A stretch of DNA of 64,000 bases from Limisphaerales bacterium (GTDB lineage Bacteria; Verrucomicrobiota; Verrucomicrobiia; Limisphaerales; JBBRWD01): contig JBBRWD010000003.1 in NCBI GenBank assembly GCA_038249465.1, positions 102,355 through 166,354 of the forward strand, written 5' to 3'. This document shows positions 37,101-45,352 of this stretch, one piece after another. Made by a program: the position numbers and the translations under genes. The stretch's first letter is position 1, and each line of letters begins with the position of its first letter. Below the pieces are notes generated by a model. That model made no database searches. It saw only the letters and a list, made by a program, of their open reading frames with translations, and had not been told where the DNA came from.

Positions 37101-37814
37101 CGCAAGAGCGTGTGGATCTTCGGCGGTGACGGCTGGGCCTACGACATCGGCTATGGTGGCCTCGACCATGTGATGGCCAGCGGCCGTGACGTCAACATGC
37201 TGGTGATGGACACCGAAGTGTATTCGAACACCGGCGGCCAGATGTCGAAGGCCACGCCGCGCGGCGCGGTGGCCAAGTTTGCCGCGGGCGGCAAGCCGCT
37301 CGGGAAGAAAGACCTCGGCCTGATCGCCATGAGTTACGGCAACGTCTATGTCGCCAGCGTGGCGATGGGCGCGAAGGACGAGCACACGCTCAAGGCCTTC
37401 ATCGAGGCCGAATCGTGGCACGGCCCGTCGATCATCATCGCCTACAGCCATTGCATCGCGCACGGCATCGACCTCGATCGCGGCGTCGGCGCGAAGCAGC
37501 AGAAGCTCGCGGTCGAATCCGGCCAGTGGCTGCTCTACCGCTACGACCCGCGGCGGGCAGCGGCAGGTGAGAACCCGATGATGCTCGATTCGCAGGCGGC
37601 CAAGACCAAGGTGCAGGATTACCTGCTCTCGGAAAACCGCTTCAAGATGCTCACCAAGAGCAAGCCCGAGGATGCCAAGCGCTTCTTCGAAGAAGCGCAG
37701 CACGACGTGGAGGCGCGCTGGCAGTTGTATTCGTACATGGCCGCCCGCAAAGCCAGCACGGCCGCCGCTCCGGCGCCGGCCCCCACCACGGTCGCCAACG
37801 GCAACGGCAACTAA
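34200..37814 (+). CDS. nifJ: pyruvate:ferredoxin (flavodoxin) oxidoreductase, single-polypeptide PFOR
   Basis: 1204 aa. N-terminus '[35 protein letters not shown]'. Two 4Fe-4S 'CxxCxxCxxxCP' motifs ('[12 protein letters not shown]', '[12 protein letters not shown]'). TPP-binding region '[17 protein letters not shown]'. Confidence 0.9.
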   Translation: [1204 protein letters not shown]

Positions 37815-37821
37815 AGCTCAC

Positions 37822-37867
37822 CGGCCCGGCCTGCGGGTTCGCCTGCAAGGCCGGGCCAAAACTTTTG
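37822..37867 (+). terminator. possible terminator/attenuator hairpin between nifJ and DHOD-like gene
   Basis: Stem 'ggcccggcc'...'ggccgggcc' with a 17-nt loop, followed by 'aaaacttttg'. The weak, interrupted T-tract lowers confidence. Confidence 0.3.
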
Positions 37868-37888
37868 AAACCTTAAGCAAACCCGGAA

Positions 37889-38890
37889 TTGATTATGGAC
37901 CTGACGACGACCTACATGGGCCTCAAGTTGAAGAGCCCTCTCGTACCTTCCGCCTCTCCGCTGACCGAGGACGTCAGCAACATCAAGAAGATGGAAGACG
38001 CCGGCGCCGGCGCGGTGGTGCTGCATTCTCTGTTCGAAGAGCAGCTTCATCTGGAATCGATGGAGCTGGATCACCACCTCAATCATGGCACCGAAAGCTT
38101 CGCCGAGGCGCTCAGTTATTTCCCCGAGCCGAAGGAATTCCGCCTCGGCCCCGAGGAGTATCTCAAGCTGATCGAGAACGCGAAGAAGTCGGTGAAGATC
38201 CCCATCATTGCCAGCCTCAACGGTTCGACCGTGGGTGGCTGGACGGACTTCGCCAAAAAGATGCAGCAGGCCGGAGCCGACGCGATCGAATTGAACATCT
38301 ACAGCATTCCCACCGACATGACTCTGACCGGTGCGGCGCTGGAGAAGCTCAACCTCGACATCGTCAAGTCGGTGCGCGCGGCCGTCGCCGTCCCGGTGGC
38401 GGTGAAGCTCAGCCCGTACTTCACCAACTTCGCCAACATGGCGAAGCAACTGGACGACACGGGCGCGAACGGATTGACGCTGTTCAACCGCTTCTATCAG
38501 CCGGACATCGATCTCGAATCGCTCGAGGTCACGCCCAATGTTCTGCTCAGCACGCCGATGGCGTCCCGTCTGCCGCTGCGCTGGATTGCCATCCTGTTCG
38601 GCAAGGTCAAGGCCAGCCTCGCGGCCACCAGCGGTGTCTATCGCGGCACCGACGCGCTCAAGATGCTCATGGCCGGGGCGGACATCACCATGCTGTGCTC
38701 CGTCATTCTGCGTCGTGGCGTCGGCTATATGAGCATCATCGAGCAGGAGATGGTTTCCTGGATGGAAGAGCACGAGTATGAATCCATCCAGCAGCTCAAG
38801 GGCAGCATGAGCCAGAAGAACTGCCCGGAGCCGTCCGCCTTCGAGCGCGCCCAATACATGCGCGCCCTGACGTCTTACAAGCCCGACTAG
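37889..38890 (+). CDS. dihydroorotate dehydrogenase-like (PyrD-family TIM-barrel) protein, PFOR-associated
   Basis: The DHOD-like pattern 'PLVPSASPLTED...LNIYSIPTD...VAVKLSPYFTNF' and 'LTLFNRFYQPDIDLESL' is present. It lies immediately downstream of nifJ. Confidence 0.7.
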   Translation: MIMDLTTTYMGLKLKSPLVPSASPLTEDVSNIKKMEDAGAGAVVLHSLFEEQLHLESMELDHHLNHGTESFAEALSYFPEPKEFRLGPEEYLKLIENAKKSVKIPIIASLNGSTVGGWTDFAKKMQQAGADAIELNIYSIPTDMTLTGAALEKLNLDIVKSVRAAVAVPVAVKLSPYFTNFANMAKQLDDTGANGLTLFNRFYQPDIDLESLEVTPNVLLSTPMASRLPLRWIAILFGKVKASLAATSGVYRGTDALKMLMAGADITMLCSVILRRGVGYMSIIEQEMVSWMEEHEYESIQQLKGSMSQKNCPEPSAFERAQYMRALTSYKPD

Positions 38891-38935
38891 ATCCACCTCA
38901 TCTTCGTACCCTGCGCTGGTGTGGTTGCGCAGGTT

Positions 38936-38984
38936 GGCCCGGACCGGCCTTCCTCCTTTCCCGGTCCGGGCTTTCTCTTTGGTT
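38936..38984 (+). terminator. putative intrinsic terminator downstream of DHOD-like gene
   Basis: GC-rich stem 'ggcccggaccgg'...'ccggtccgggc' (perfect 11-bp inverted repeat, 13-nt loop) followed by 'tttctctttggtt'. Confidence 0.5.
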
Positions 38985-39030
38985 CATCGCGGATTTCCGG
39001 AGACAAATGGCCCGCGAAGGTGAGCCCCGT

Positions 39031-39247
39031 GAACGCCAACGGCGTTCAATCAGCCAGCCCAGGGTTGGAGCGCAAGCACCTGCCCTGGGTGTGGCGCAGA
39101 TGATTATCCAACCCTGAAGGGGTTGAATCGAACGGGACGGATGGGTGATGCAACCCCTTCAGGGTTGGTTCGTGCTTCGACGTCCGACCCAGGGTGGCGC
39201 CTGCGGCGCCACCCTGGGCTGCATGATGAGAACGCCGTTGGCGTTCC
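39031..39247. repeat. nested palindrome cluster (symmetrical ~220-bp structured region)
   Basis: Outer 'gaacgccaacggcgttc' (39031) pairs with 'gaacgccgttggcgttc' (39231). Inner 'cccagggttgg...ccctggg', 'caaccctgaaggggttg'/'caaccccttcagggttgg', and the perfect palindrome 'cccagggtggcgcctgcggcgccaccctggg'. Confidence 0.45.
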
Positions 39248-39298
39248 CCGGGATTCCGCGATGAACCAAAAAACTCCTGAGATGCGCCGTGAGCCGTC

Positions 39299-39471
39299 GG
39301 GTGTGATTAAAAGTGGGAAAGGTTAACCAGGAACCGGCGGAAAATCCCGGGTGGTAGGGCGCGTCGCTCCGCGTGCGCCGCCGGAGCGGTGCCAGCAATC
39401 CCAACGGCGCGCACGGAGTGACGCGCCCTGCCTCGCCGGGCGTGCCGACCTCACCCGCTCGTGATCACACC
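39299..39471. mobile_element. MITE-like element, family B, copy 2 (inverted orientation relative to copy 1)
   Basis: It starts 'gggtgtgattaaaagtgggaaaggttaaccaggaaccggcggaaaatccc' (reverse complement of the copy-1 right half) and ends 'cctcacccgctcgtgatcacacc'. Confidence 0.55.
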
Positions 39472-39551
39472 TGAACCATCTGGGTGGCGACCTTCGGACT
39501 TGCCGCTCGCTGGATGAATCGCTTTCATGCGGGCCAACGCCGATAAAAACT

Positions 39552-41033
39552 ATGCCCAAGGAGCATTTCATGAGGATTCTTCCGACACTTATTCTCGCCA
39601 CCGCCGCGCTGTCGCTCGCCGCTGCAACGAACATCCACGCTGCGGTAACGGCGACTCAAGCAACGCCAGTTTCCAACTGGCTCGCGCTGACGATTACCAA
39701 TCCCACGCCGGCAACCAGCGACTTCTTCGGCTTTTCCGTGGCGGCGGTGGGGACCGACCGGGTGCTGATTGGGGCGTTTCGGGACGACACGGGTGGGACC
39801 TCTGCCGGGGCGGCATATCTTTTCAGCACCAACGGCGCATTGCTGACCACCTTCACCAATCCCACGCCGGCATCCAGTGGCTACTTCGGATATTCCGTGG
39901 CGGCGGTGGGGACCGACCGGGTGCTGATTGGGGCGTGGTTCGATAACACGGGCGCGAGCGATGCCAGGGCGGCGTATCTGTTCAGCACCAACGGCGTGTT
40001 GCTGACCACCTTCACCAATCCCACGCCGACAGCCGGTGACTACTTCGGCCGGTCCGTGGCGGCGGTGGGGACCGACCAGGTGCTGATTGGCACGCCTAAC
40101 GACGACACGGGTGCGGACAATGCCGGAGCGGCGTATCTGTTCAGCACTGACGGCGCATTGCTCACCACCTTCACCAAGCCCACGCCGGCAGCCGGCGACA
40201 ACTTCGGCGCTTCCGTAGTGGCGGTGGGGAGCGACCTGGTACTGATTGGGGCGTATCTTGACGACACGGGCGCGGTCGATGCCGGAGCGGCGTATTTGTT
40301 CAGCACCAACGGCGCATTACTCACCACTTTCACCAATCCCACGCCGGCCGCCGGCTACCACTTCGGCGGTTCCGTGGTGGCGGTGGGGACCGACCGGGTG
40401 CTGATTGGGGGGCCTTACCACAACACGGGTGCCCAGGGTGCCGGGGCGGCGTATCTGTTCAGCACCAACGGCGCGTTGCTGACCACCTTCATCAATCCCA
40501 CGCCGGCAGCCGACGACTGGTTCGGCTATTCTGTGGCGGCGGTTGGGACCGACCGGGTGCTGATTGGGGCGATTCTGGACGACGCGAGCGTGAGCGATGC
40601 CGGGGCGGCGTATTTGTTCAGCACTAACGGCACGTTGCTCACCATCTTTACCAATCCCACGCCGGCAACCTTCGACCACTTCGGCGGGTCCGTGGCGGCG
40701 GTGGGGACCGACCGGGTGCTGATTGGGGCGTATCTGGACGATACGGGCGCTCCCGATGCCGGGTCGGTGTATCTGTTCAGCCTCGAACCGTTCACTCCAG
40801 CAGCGCCATCGCTCTCGACCCGCCGCAACCCTTCGCTCTCCACCATCACCATCTCCTGGCCCGCGCCGGCGGAGGGGTGGTTGCTGGAAGGCACCAACGC
40901 GCTGCCGTCCGTGGCGGCGTCCTCGTGGCTGCCGGTTCCGCCGCCGTATCAAACCAACGCGGGAACCATCTCGGTGACGTTTACCAACCTTCCCGCCACC
41001 GGAAACCAGTTCTTCCGACTGCGCCAGCCTTGA
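39552..41033 (+). CDS. secreted FG-GAP-like beta-propeller repeat protein with C-terminal sorting-like module
   Basis: Signal peptide. Nine near-identical ~47-aa repeats 'TFTNPTPAxxDxFGxSVAAVGTDRVLIGAxxDDTGAxDAGAAYLFSTNGALLT'. The protein ends in 'NQFFRLRQP'. Confidence 0.6.
   Translation: MPKEHFMRILPTLILATAALSLAAATNIHAAVTATQATPVSNWLALTITNPTPATSDFFGFSVAAVGTDRVLIGAFRDDTGGTSAGAAYLFSTNGALLTTFTNPTPASSGYFGYSVAAVGTDRVLIGAWFDNTGASDARAAYLFSTNGVLLTTFTNPTPTAGDYFGRSVAAVGTDQVLIGTPNDDTGADNAGAAYLFSTDGALLTTFTKPTPAAGDNFGASVVAVGSDLVLIGAYLDDTGAVDAGAAYLFSTNGALLTTFTNPTPAAGYHFGGSVVAVGTDRVLIGGPYHNTGAQGAGAAYLFSTNGALLTTFINPTPAADDWFGYSVAAVGTDRVLIGAILDDASVSDAGAAYLFSTNGTLLTIFTNPTPATFDHFGGSVAAVGTDRVLIGAYLDDTGAPDAGSVYLFSLEPFTPAAPSLSTRRNPSLSTITISWPAPAEGWLLEGTNALPSVAASSWLPVPPPYQTNAGTISVTFTNLPATGNQFFRLRQP
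39693..40790 (+). repeat. tandem ~141-bp coding repeats (x8-9) inside the FG-GAP gene, near-identical at DNA level
   Basis: Recurring 'caccaatcccacgccggc...ttccgtggcggcggtggggaccgaccgggtgctgattggggcg...gcggcgtatctgttcagcaccaacggcgcattgctgaccacctt' units. Confidence 0.7.
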
Positions 41034-41273
41034 GCCATCCGAAACGCGAAGCACCACGAAGGCACGGAGATCACGGAGAGGAGTTGCGCCGCGTCGGCCA
41101 ACGTAGCACAGGCGTCGCGCCTGCATGAGTCAGCCCGCCCTGGCTTTCCGAAAACGATCTACCCCATTCAGCCGAGACGGCCGTGCTACTTTGGAGCCGC
41201 TGTCGTCATCCCTGTTTTGTCCGCCACAAATGCCGCCAATTGACATCGGGTAGCGAAAGGCTACCGTGCCTCC

Positions 41274-41660
41274 ATGAGTCAACCGGTGAAACTTTCCGAT
41301 GCCCTGGTCCTCGATGCCCGGCTGGCGGGTGAAGCGCTCGAACGCTCCATCGCCGGCCAGGTTGAGTTCTGGGCGAGACTCGGTCGGGCGGTCGAGCCAC
41401 TGCTGCAGGGCACGCAGGCCCTCGCGTTGTGCCGCAGGGCCGGCGCGCAACCCCTTTCCGCCTGCCTTGATTCCGTCGATTCGCCCAACGGACGGCAGCG
41501 GGTCGCTGCGTTTCTCCAATCCCAGCCTTTTCCTCATTACGAACCCGCGGCCGATGCGCCCGGGCTTCTGGTTCGCATCGAAGCGGACGGCAAGCGTTCG
41601 GTGGGCCGCTTCGTCAACCGGCAGTTTCAAGTGGTAAAAGGCGGTCGGGCCAAGCGATGA
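41274..41660 (+). CDS. putative ParD-like antitoxin (type II TA), partner of downstream zeta-like toxin
   Basis: 128-aa protein. Its stop overlaps the start of the P-loop gene by 4 nt (ATGA). The N-terminal 'VKLSDALVLDARLAGEALERSIAGQVEFWARLGRAV' region resembles ParD-like antitoxins that pair with zeta toxins. Confidence 0.4.
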   Translation: MSQPVKLSDALVLDARLAGEALERSIAGQVEFWARLGRAVEPLLQGTQALALCRRAGAQPLSACLDSVDSPNGRQRVAAFLQSQPFPHYEPAADAPGLLVRIEADGKRSVGRFVNRQFQVVKGGRAKR

Positions 41661-42244
41661 GCCTGCCGCTCGATCAGCGTCCCATCATCGTGGCATTGGC
41701 TGGTCCAAACGGCGCCGGCAAGACGACTTTCTACCATGCCCACCTGCAGCCCGCAGGTCTGCGCTTCGTCAATGCCGATCTGCTGGCGCGGGAACTCGAT
41801 CTTGATCCGTATGCCGCCGCGAAAGTGGCCGATGCGTTGCGCCACGAGTTGGTGAAACAGCGCGAGAGCTTTGTCTTTGAAACCATCTTCTCTGACCCGA
41901 TCGGCGACAAACTGCGTTTCTTGAAGGACGCCGGAAAAGCGGGCTACACGGTGGTGGTGTGTTTCGTCGGAATTTCCGGGCCGGAGGTTTCAGAAGAGCG
42001 CGTGGCCATGCGCGTTTCCCAAGGCGGCCACGATGTGCCCACGGAGAAGCTTGTCGCCCGTTTCCCGCGCACGCTGGCCAATCTGAAAGCCGCGATTCGC
42101 GAATTGCCGCAGGTTCTGATCTTCGACAACGATGATCTGCGGACGCCATTCCGGCAGGTCACAGTGTTCGAGCAGGGGCGGGAGGTCTCACTGCGACCAC
42201 CGGTGCCAAAATGGCTGCAGCCATTGCTGACGCAGCGCCGGTGA
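41657..42244 (+). CDS. zeta-toxin-like P-loop kinase (putative type II TA toxin)
   Basis: Walker A 'ALAGPNGAGKTTF' within ~10 aa of the N-terminus. Size of about 195 aa and translational coupling with the upstream small gene support the call. Confidence 0.5.
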   Translation: MSLPLDQRPIIVALAGPNGAGKTTFYHAHLQPAGLRFVNADLLARELDLDPYAAAKVADALRHELVKQRESFVFETIFSDPIGDKLRFLKDAGKAGYTVVVCFVGISGPEVSEERVAMRVSQGGHDVPTEKLVARFPRTLANLKAAIRELPQVLIFDNDDLRTPFRQVTVFEQGREVSLRPPVPKWLQPLLTQRR

Positions 42245-42286
42245 GATTGTCGGTGCTCTGCCAAGACGCCGCCACGGGGCAAAGGC

Positions 42287-43374
42287 TCACTCCCGCTTGA
42301 TCCAGCCGCCGCCCATCACCACGTCGCCGTCGTAGATCACCGCGGCCTGGCCCGGCGTGACGGCGCGCTGTGGTTCATGGAGTTTCACCTGCGCCGTGCC
42401 GCTGGCGCCCGGCGTGATCGTGGCGGAGGTGCCAGGGTGATTGTAGCGAATCTTCACCATGGCCTCAAAGCCCGGCGGCGGCTCGGCGAAGGAAATCCAG
42501 TTGCAGCGCTCGATGGTGAAGGTGTCGCACGCCAGAGTTGCGTCGTCACCCACCACCACGCGATTGCGCGCCGCGTCGAGATCCACCACGTAGAGCGGCG
42601 TGGGATGCGAGAGGCCGAGCCCCTTGCGCTGGCCGATGGTGTAGAACTCGATGCCGTCGTGGTGTCCGAGCACGCGCCCGTGCAGATCGACAATTTCGCC
42701 GCGGTGTTTCTCCACCAGCTTCGCCGCCTCGAGAAATTTTCCGTAGTCGTTGTCGGGCACGAAGCAGATTTCCATGCTCTCCTCCTTGTCGGCGGTCTTG
42801 AGCTGGCAGGCGCGGGCCGTTTCGCGCGCATCGCTCTTGGTGCGTTCGCCGAGCGGGAAGAGGCAGCAGGCGAGTTGCTCCTGCCGCAGCGTAAAGAGGA
42901 AATAGCTCTGGTCCTTGCGCGGATCGCGTCCGCGCTTGAGCAGGTGCCGCGATCCGTCGGGGCTGCGCTCGACCCGCGCGTAATGCCCGGTGGCCACCAG
43001 GCCGGCGCCGAGTTGACGCGCACGCCGCAACAGCGTGCCGAACTTGAGCTTCTCGTTGCACAGCACGCACGGATTTGGCGTGCGCCCGGCTTTATATTCG
43101 TCGGCGAAATATTGAATGACCTCGCGCTGAAAATCCTCCGCTTCGTCCACAAGGTAATAGGGAATGCCCAACCGATGAGCCACGGACCGCGCATCGGTGA
43201 CAGCCTGCGGACCGCAGCATTTGTCCTCGGCGCGGGAAACGCAGTCCTGCGGCCAGAGCTTGAGAGTGATGCCGATGACGTCGTAGCCCTGTTCCAGCAA
43301 CAGCGCCGCCGCGGCCGAGGAATCCACTCCGCCGCTCATGCCGAGCACCACCCGCGTTTTTCCAGAATCAGACA
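42287..43374 (-). CDS. mnmA: tRNA-specific 2-thiouridylase MnmA
   Basis: PP-loop 'VVLGMSGGVDSSAAA'. Catalytic Cys motifs 'NPCVLCN' and 'EICF'. C-terminal 'GQAAVIYDGDVVMGGGWI'. Confidence 0.85.
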
Positions 43375-43621
43375 TCGTGGCGGAAACTACGCGTGTGCGC
43401 CGGAAGCTCAAAGGGGAAAGTTGGACCCGCCGAAAAGAAGGATGTGCCGAATCGGATGATGCCTCCCGGCTTGTCGTGGTTCCGATCTTTGGCGGGTCGG
43501 GTCGGGCGACTTTCCCGGAGGGACATAATGATTATGGCGATGCCTTCCCTATAAAGAGTTAGCCCAGCGGGGCGTAACGAGTCGCACAGCATGCAAGCAC
43601 CGGGCAGCCAGCTTCGAGAAG

Positions 43622-45160
43622 GGTGAAAACATGACGCCCCGCTCTTTCCATTACCCACAGGATTCATGACCAAAGCGTTGCCAGGCGGCGGTGATCGCCC
43701 GCAGTTGTTGCAGGCCGCGCCAGACCACGGTCGGCCCGGGTTCTCCATCGCGGCGCCGGCCCAGGAAGCCGCCCAATTGCGCGAGCCAGCGCCCCGCCTG
43801 CCGCAGCGTCGGCGGCTGGCGCGGCGGCAGGGCCCGTTCTTCCATGTAACACGTCAAGGCACGCCATTCGTCGGCGCTCAGCCAGTCGCTGGCCAGTCCG
43901 TCCGGGGTCGCGCGCCCCGCCTGGCACAACGCCAGCACCCGCCAGGCGACGATCAAATCCACCCGCACCACCCGCTGCAAACGCGCGGCCGTCTCCAGTT
44001 GCCGCTGCTCGACCTGGCAGCCGCTCTTGAGCACCTTGTGCAGCACTTCGATCGGCCAGCGCCGCGCATACCAGCCGACTTTTTCCACCGCCGCGGCGAG
44101 GCTCTCCACCGGTTGCGTGGTCAGGAGCCGCCAGCAAATCGGCGTGGCCCCTTTGGGCGGACGGGTCTCGCGCGCTTCCACCGCCCACAACGTCAGCGGC
44201 GGCTGGTCTTCCTTCAAGCAGGGCGGGCGCAAGGTGACGGGCGCAAAACGGATCGACAGCGTGGCCAGCCGCGCGGGCTGGCCCCCGTTGCGGGGCACTT
44301 TGATTTTGAGTCGCCCGCCCACGCGCTGGGCCGCCAGGAAATTCCACAGATATTGCTGCGGATGGGCGAGCTGCCGGTCATGCTGCGCGCGCACCAGCAG
44401 GTGGACGCGCGGCCCCTCCGCCGGGGCCAGGGCCGCCACGAACAGGTCGTAGAGATCGCCCTCGCGGTCGGCCACGTTGACCAGCGTGGTGTCGGGACAC
44501 TGCGCGGCCAGCGCCTGGCAGGCGGTTAAACTCTCCAGCCACTTCTGGCTTTCCTTCTGGGCGCGCGGCGTGCGGTTGCGCGCGGCGGAAGAGCGGCCAA
44601 ATTCCTTCTGCGAGCGGACCCAGCTTTGGGCGTGGAGCAGGCCCAGCGGTTGGCCCGCGGGCGTGACCGCCAGGGTCGAATGCAGGAACAGGCCGATGGT
44701 TTTGTCGCGATTGTTGCCGATGGGTCCCAGGCCCTGGGTTTGCGGATGCGTCGAGTAGTTGAGGCTGGTGGTGTCCTGCAGGCACAGCACGATGGGCTGG
44801 GTGGCGGCACGGCGGACGGTGGCCTGGACGTGGGTGGCCAGCAGATCTTCCGGCGCGATGCCGTCGTGGTCGAAGAAGCGGTAGGCGGCCTTGGTCCGGG
44901 CCCAGGAGCCGCAGGCCTGGGGGATGGAGGCGGTGGGCTGGAGGGCGAAGTCAGTGGCCATGGTGATCAAGCGCGCGACCAGACGCTGGTCGGGCAGCGG
45001 CGCGTGGGCGAATTCGTGCGCGGCCCAGTCGGCGCCGGCGGGTTGGATCGAGGGTGGCGAGGATGCAGTGCGTTTGAGCATCCCGCCATAAACTACATAA
45101 GTCGTTGTTGTACTAGACTAATGTTGTGGGTAATAGAAAGGACTCGTCACTGCTTTCACC
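43622..45160. mobile_element. IS4-family insertion sequence (~1.54 kb) with ~40-bp imperfect terminal inverted repeats
   Basis: The left end 'ggtgaaaacatgacgccccgctctttccattacccacagga' is an imperfect inverse of the right end 'tgttgtgggtaatagaaaggactcgtcactgctttcacc'. The transposase stop overlaps the left IR, as in IS50. The outer ~20 bp of the right IR overlap a copy of repeat family C, so the exact right boundary (45143 vs 45160) is uncertain. No clear 9-bp TSD was seen. Confidence 0.55.
43651..45081 (-). CDS. IS4-family (IS50/Tn5-like) DDE transposase
   Basis: 'VNVADREGDLYDLF' (DREAD-like) and the IS4 signature 'YARRWPIEVLHKVLKSGC' (Y-2-R-3-E-6-K). 476 aa. Confidence 0.85.
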   Translation of the reverse strand: MLKRTASSPPSIQPAGADWAAHEFAHAPLPDQRLVARLITMATDFALQPTASIPQACGSWARTKAAYRFFDHDGIAPEDLLATHVQATVRRAATQPIVLCLQDTTSLNYSTHPQTQGLGPIGNNRDKTIGLFLHSTLAVTPAGQPLGLLHAQSWVRSQKEFGRSSAARNRTPRAQKESQKWLESLTACQALAAQCPDTTLVNVADREGDLYDLFVAALAPAEGPRVHLLVRAQHDRQLAHPQQYLWNFLAAQRVGGRLKIKVPRNGGQPARLATLSIRFAPVTLRPPCLKEDQPPLTLWAVEARETRPPKGATPICWRLLTTQPVESLAAAVEKVGWYARRWPIEVLHKVLKSGCQVEQRQLETAARLQRVVRVDLIVAWRVLALCQAGRATPDGLASDWLSADEWRALTCYMEERALPPRQPPTLRQAGRWLAQLGGFLGRRRDGEPGPTVVWRGLQQLRAITAAWQRFGHESCG

Positions 45161-45282
45161 GCTTGGGCGACTTGTCGCCAAAGCAGAGCCGCGTTCAGCG
45201 GTTCGGAGCCAATTCACGCGCCTGCCCGTTCGACGGCGACAAGTCGCCTGCCGAAAGCGGCGAGAACTCGCCGCACTCCAAA
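45139..45282. mobile_element. MITE-like element, family C, copy 2 (degenerate, abutting or overlapping IS right end)
   Basis: 'ggactcgtcactgctttcaccgcttgggcgacttgtcgcc...ggcgacaagtcgcctgccgaaagcggcgagaactcgccgcactccaaag' parallels copy 1 ('ggcgacttgtcgcc', 'gcggtgacaagtcaccgcactccaaag'). Confidence 0.45.
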
Positions 45283-45352
45283 GCCTGTGGTTGCGGCGTC
45301 AGCCGCGCCGGGTGAATCCGCGTCCATCCGTAGTTAGATTTCGTTTTCCCGA

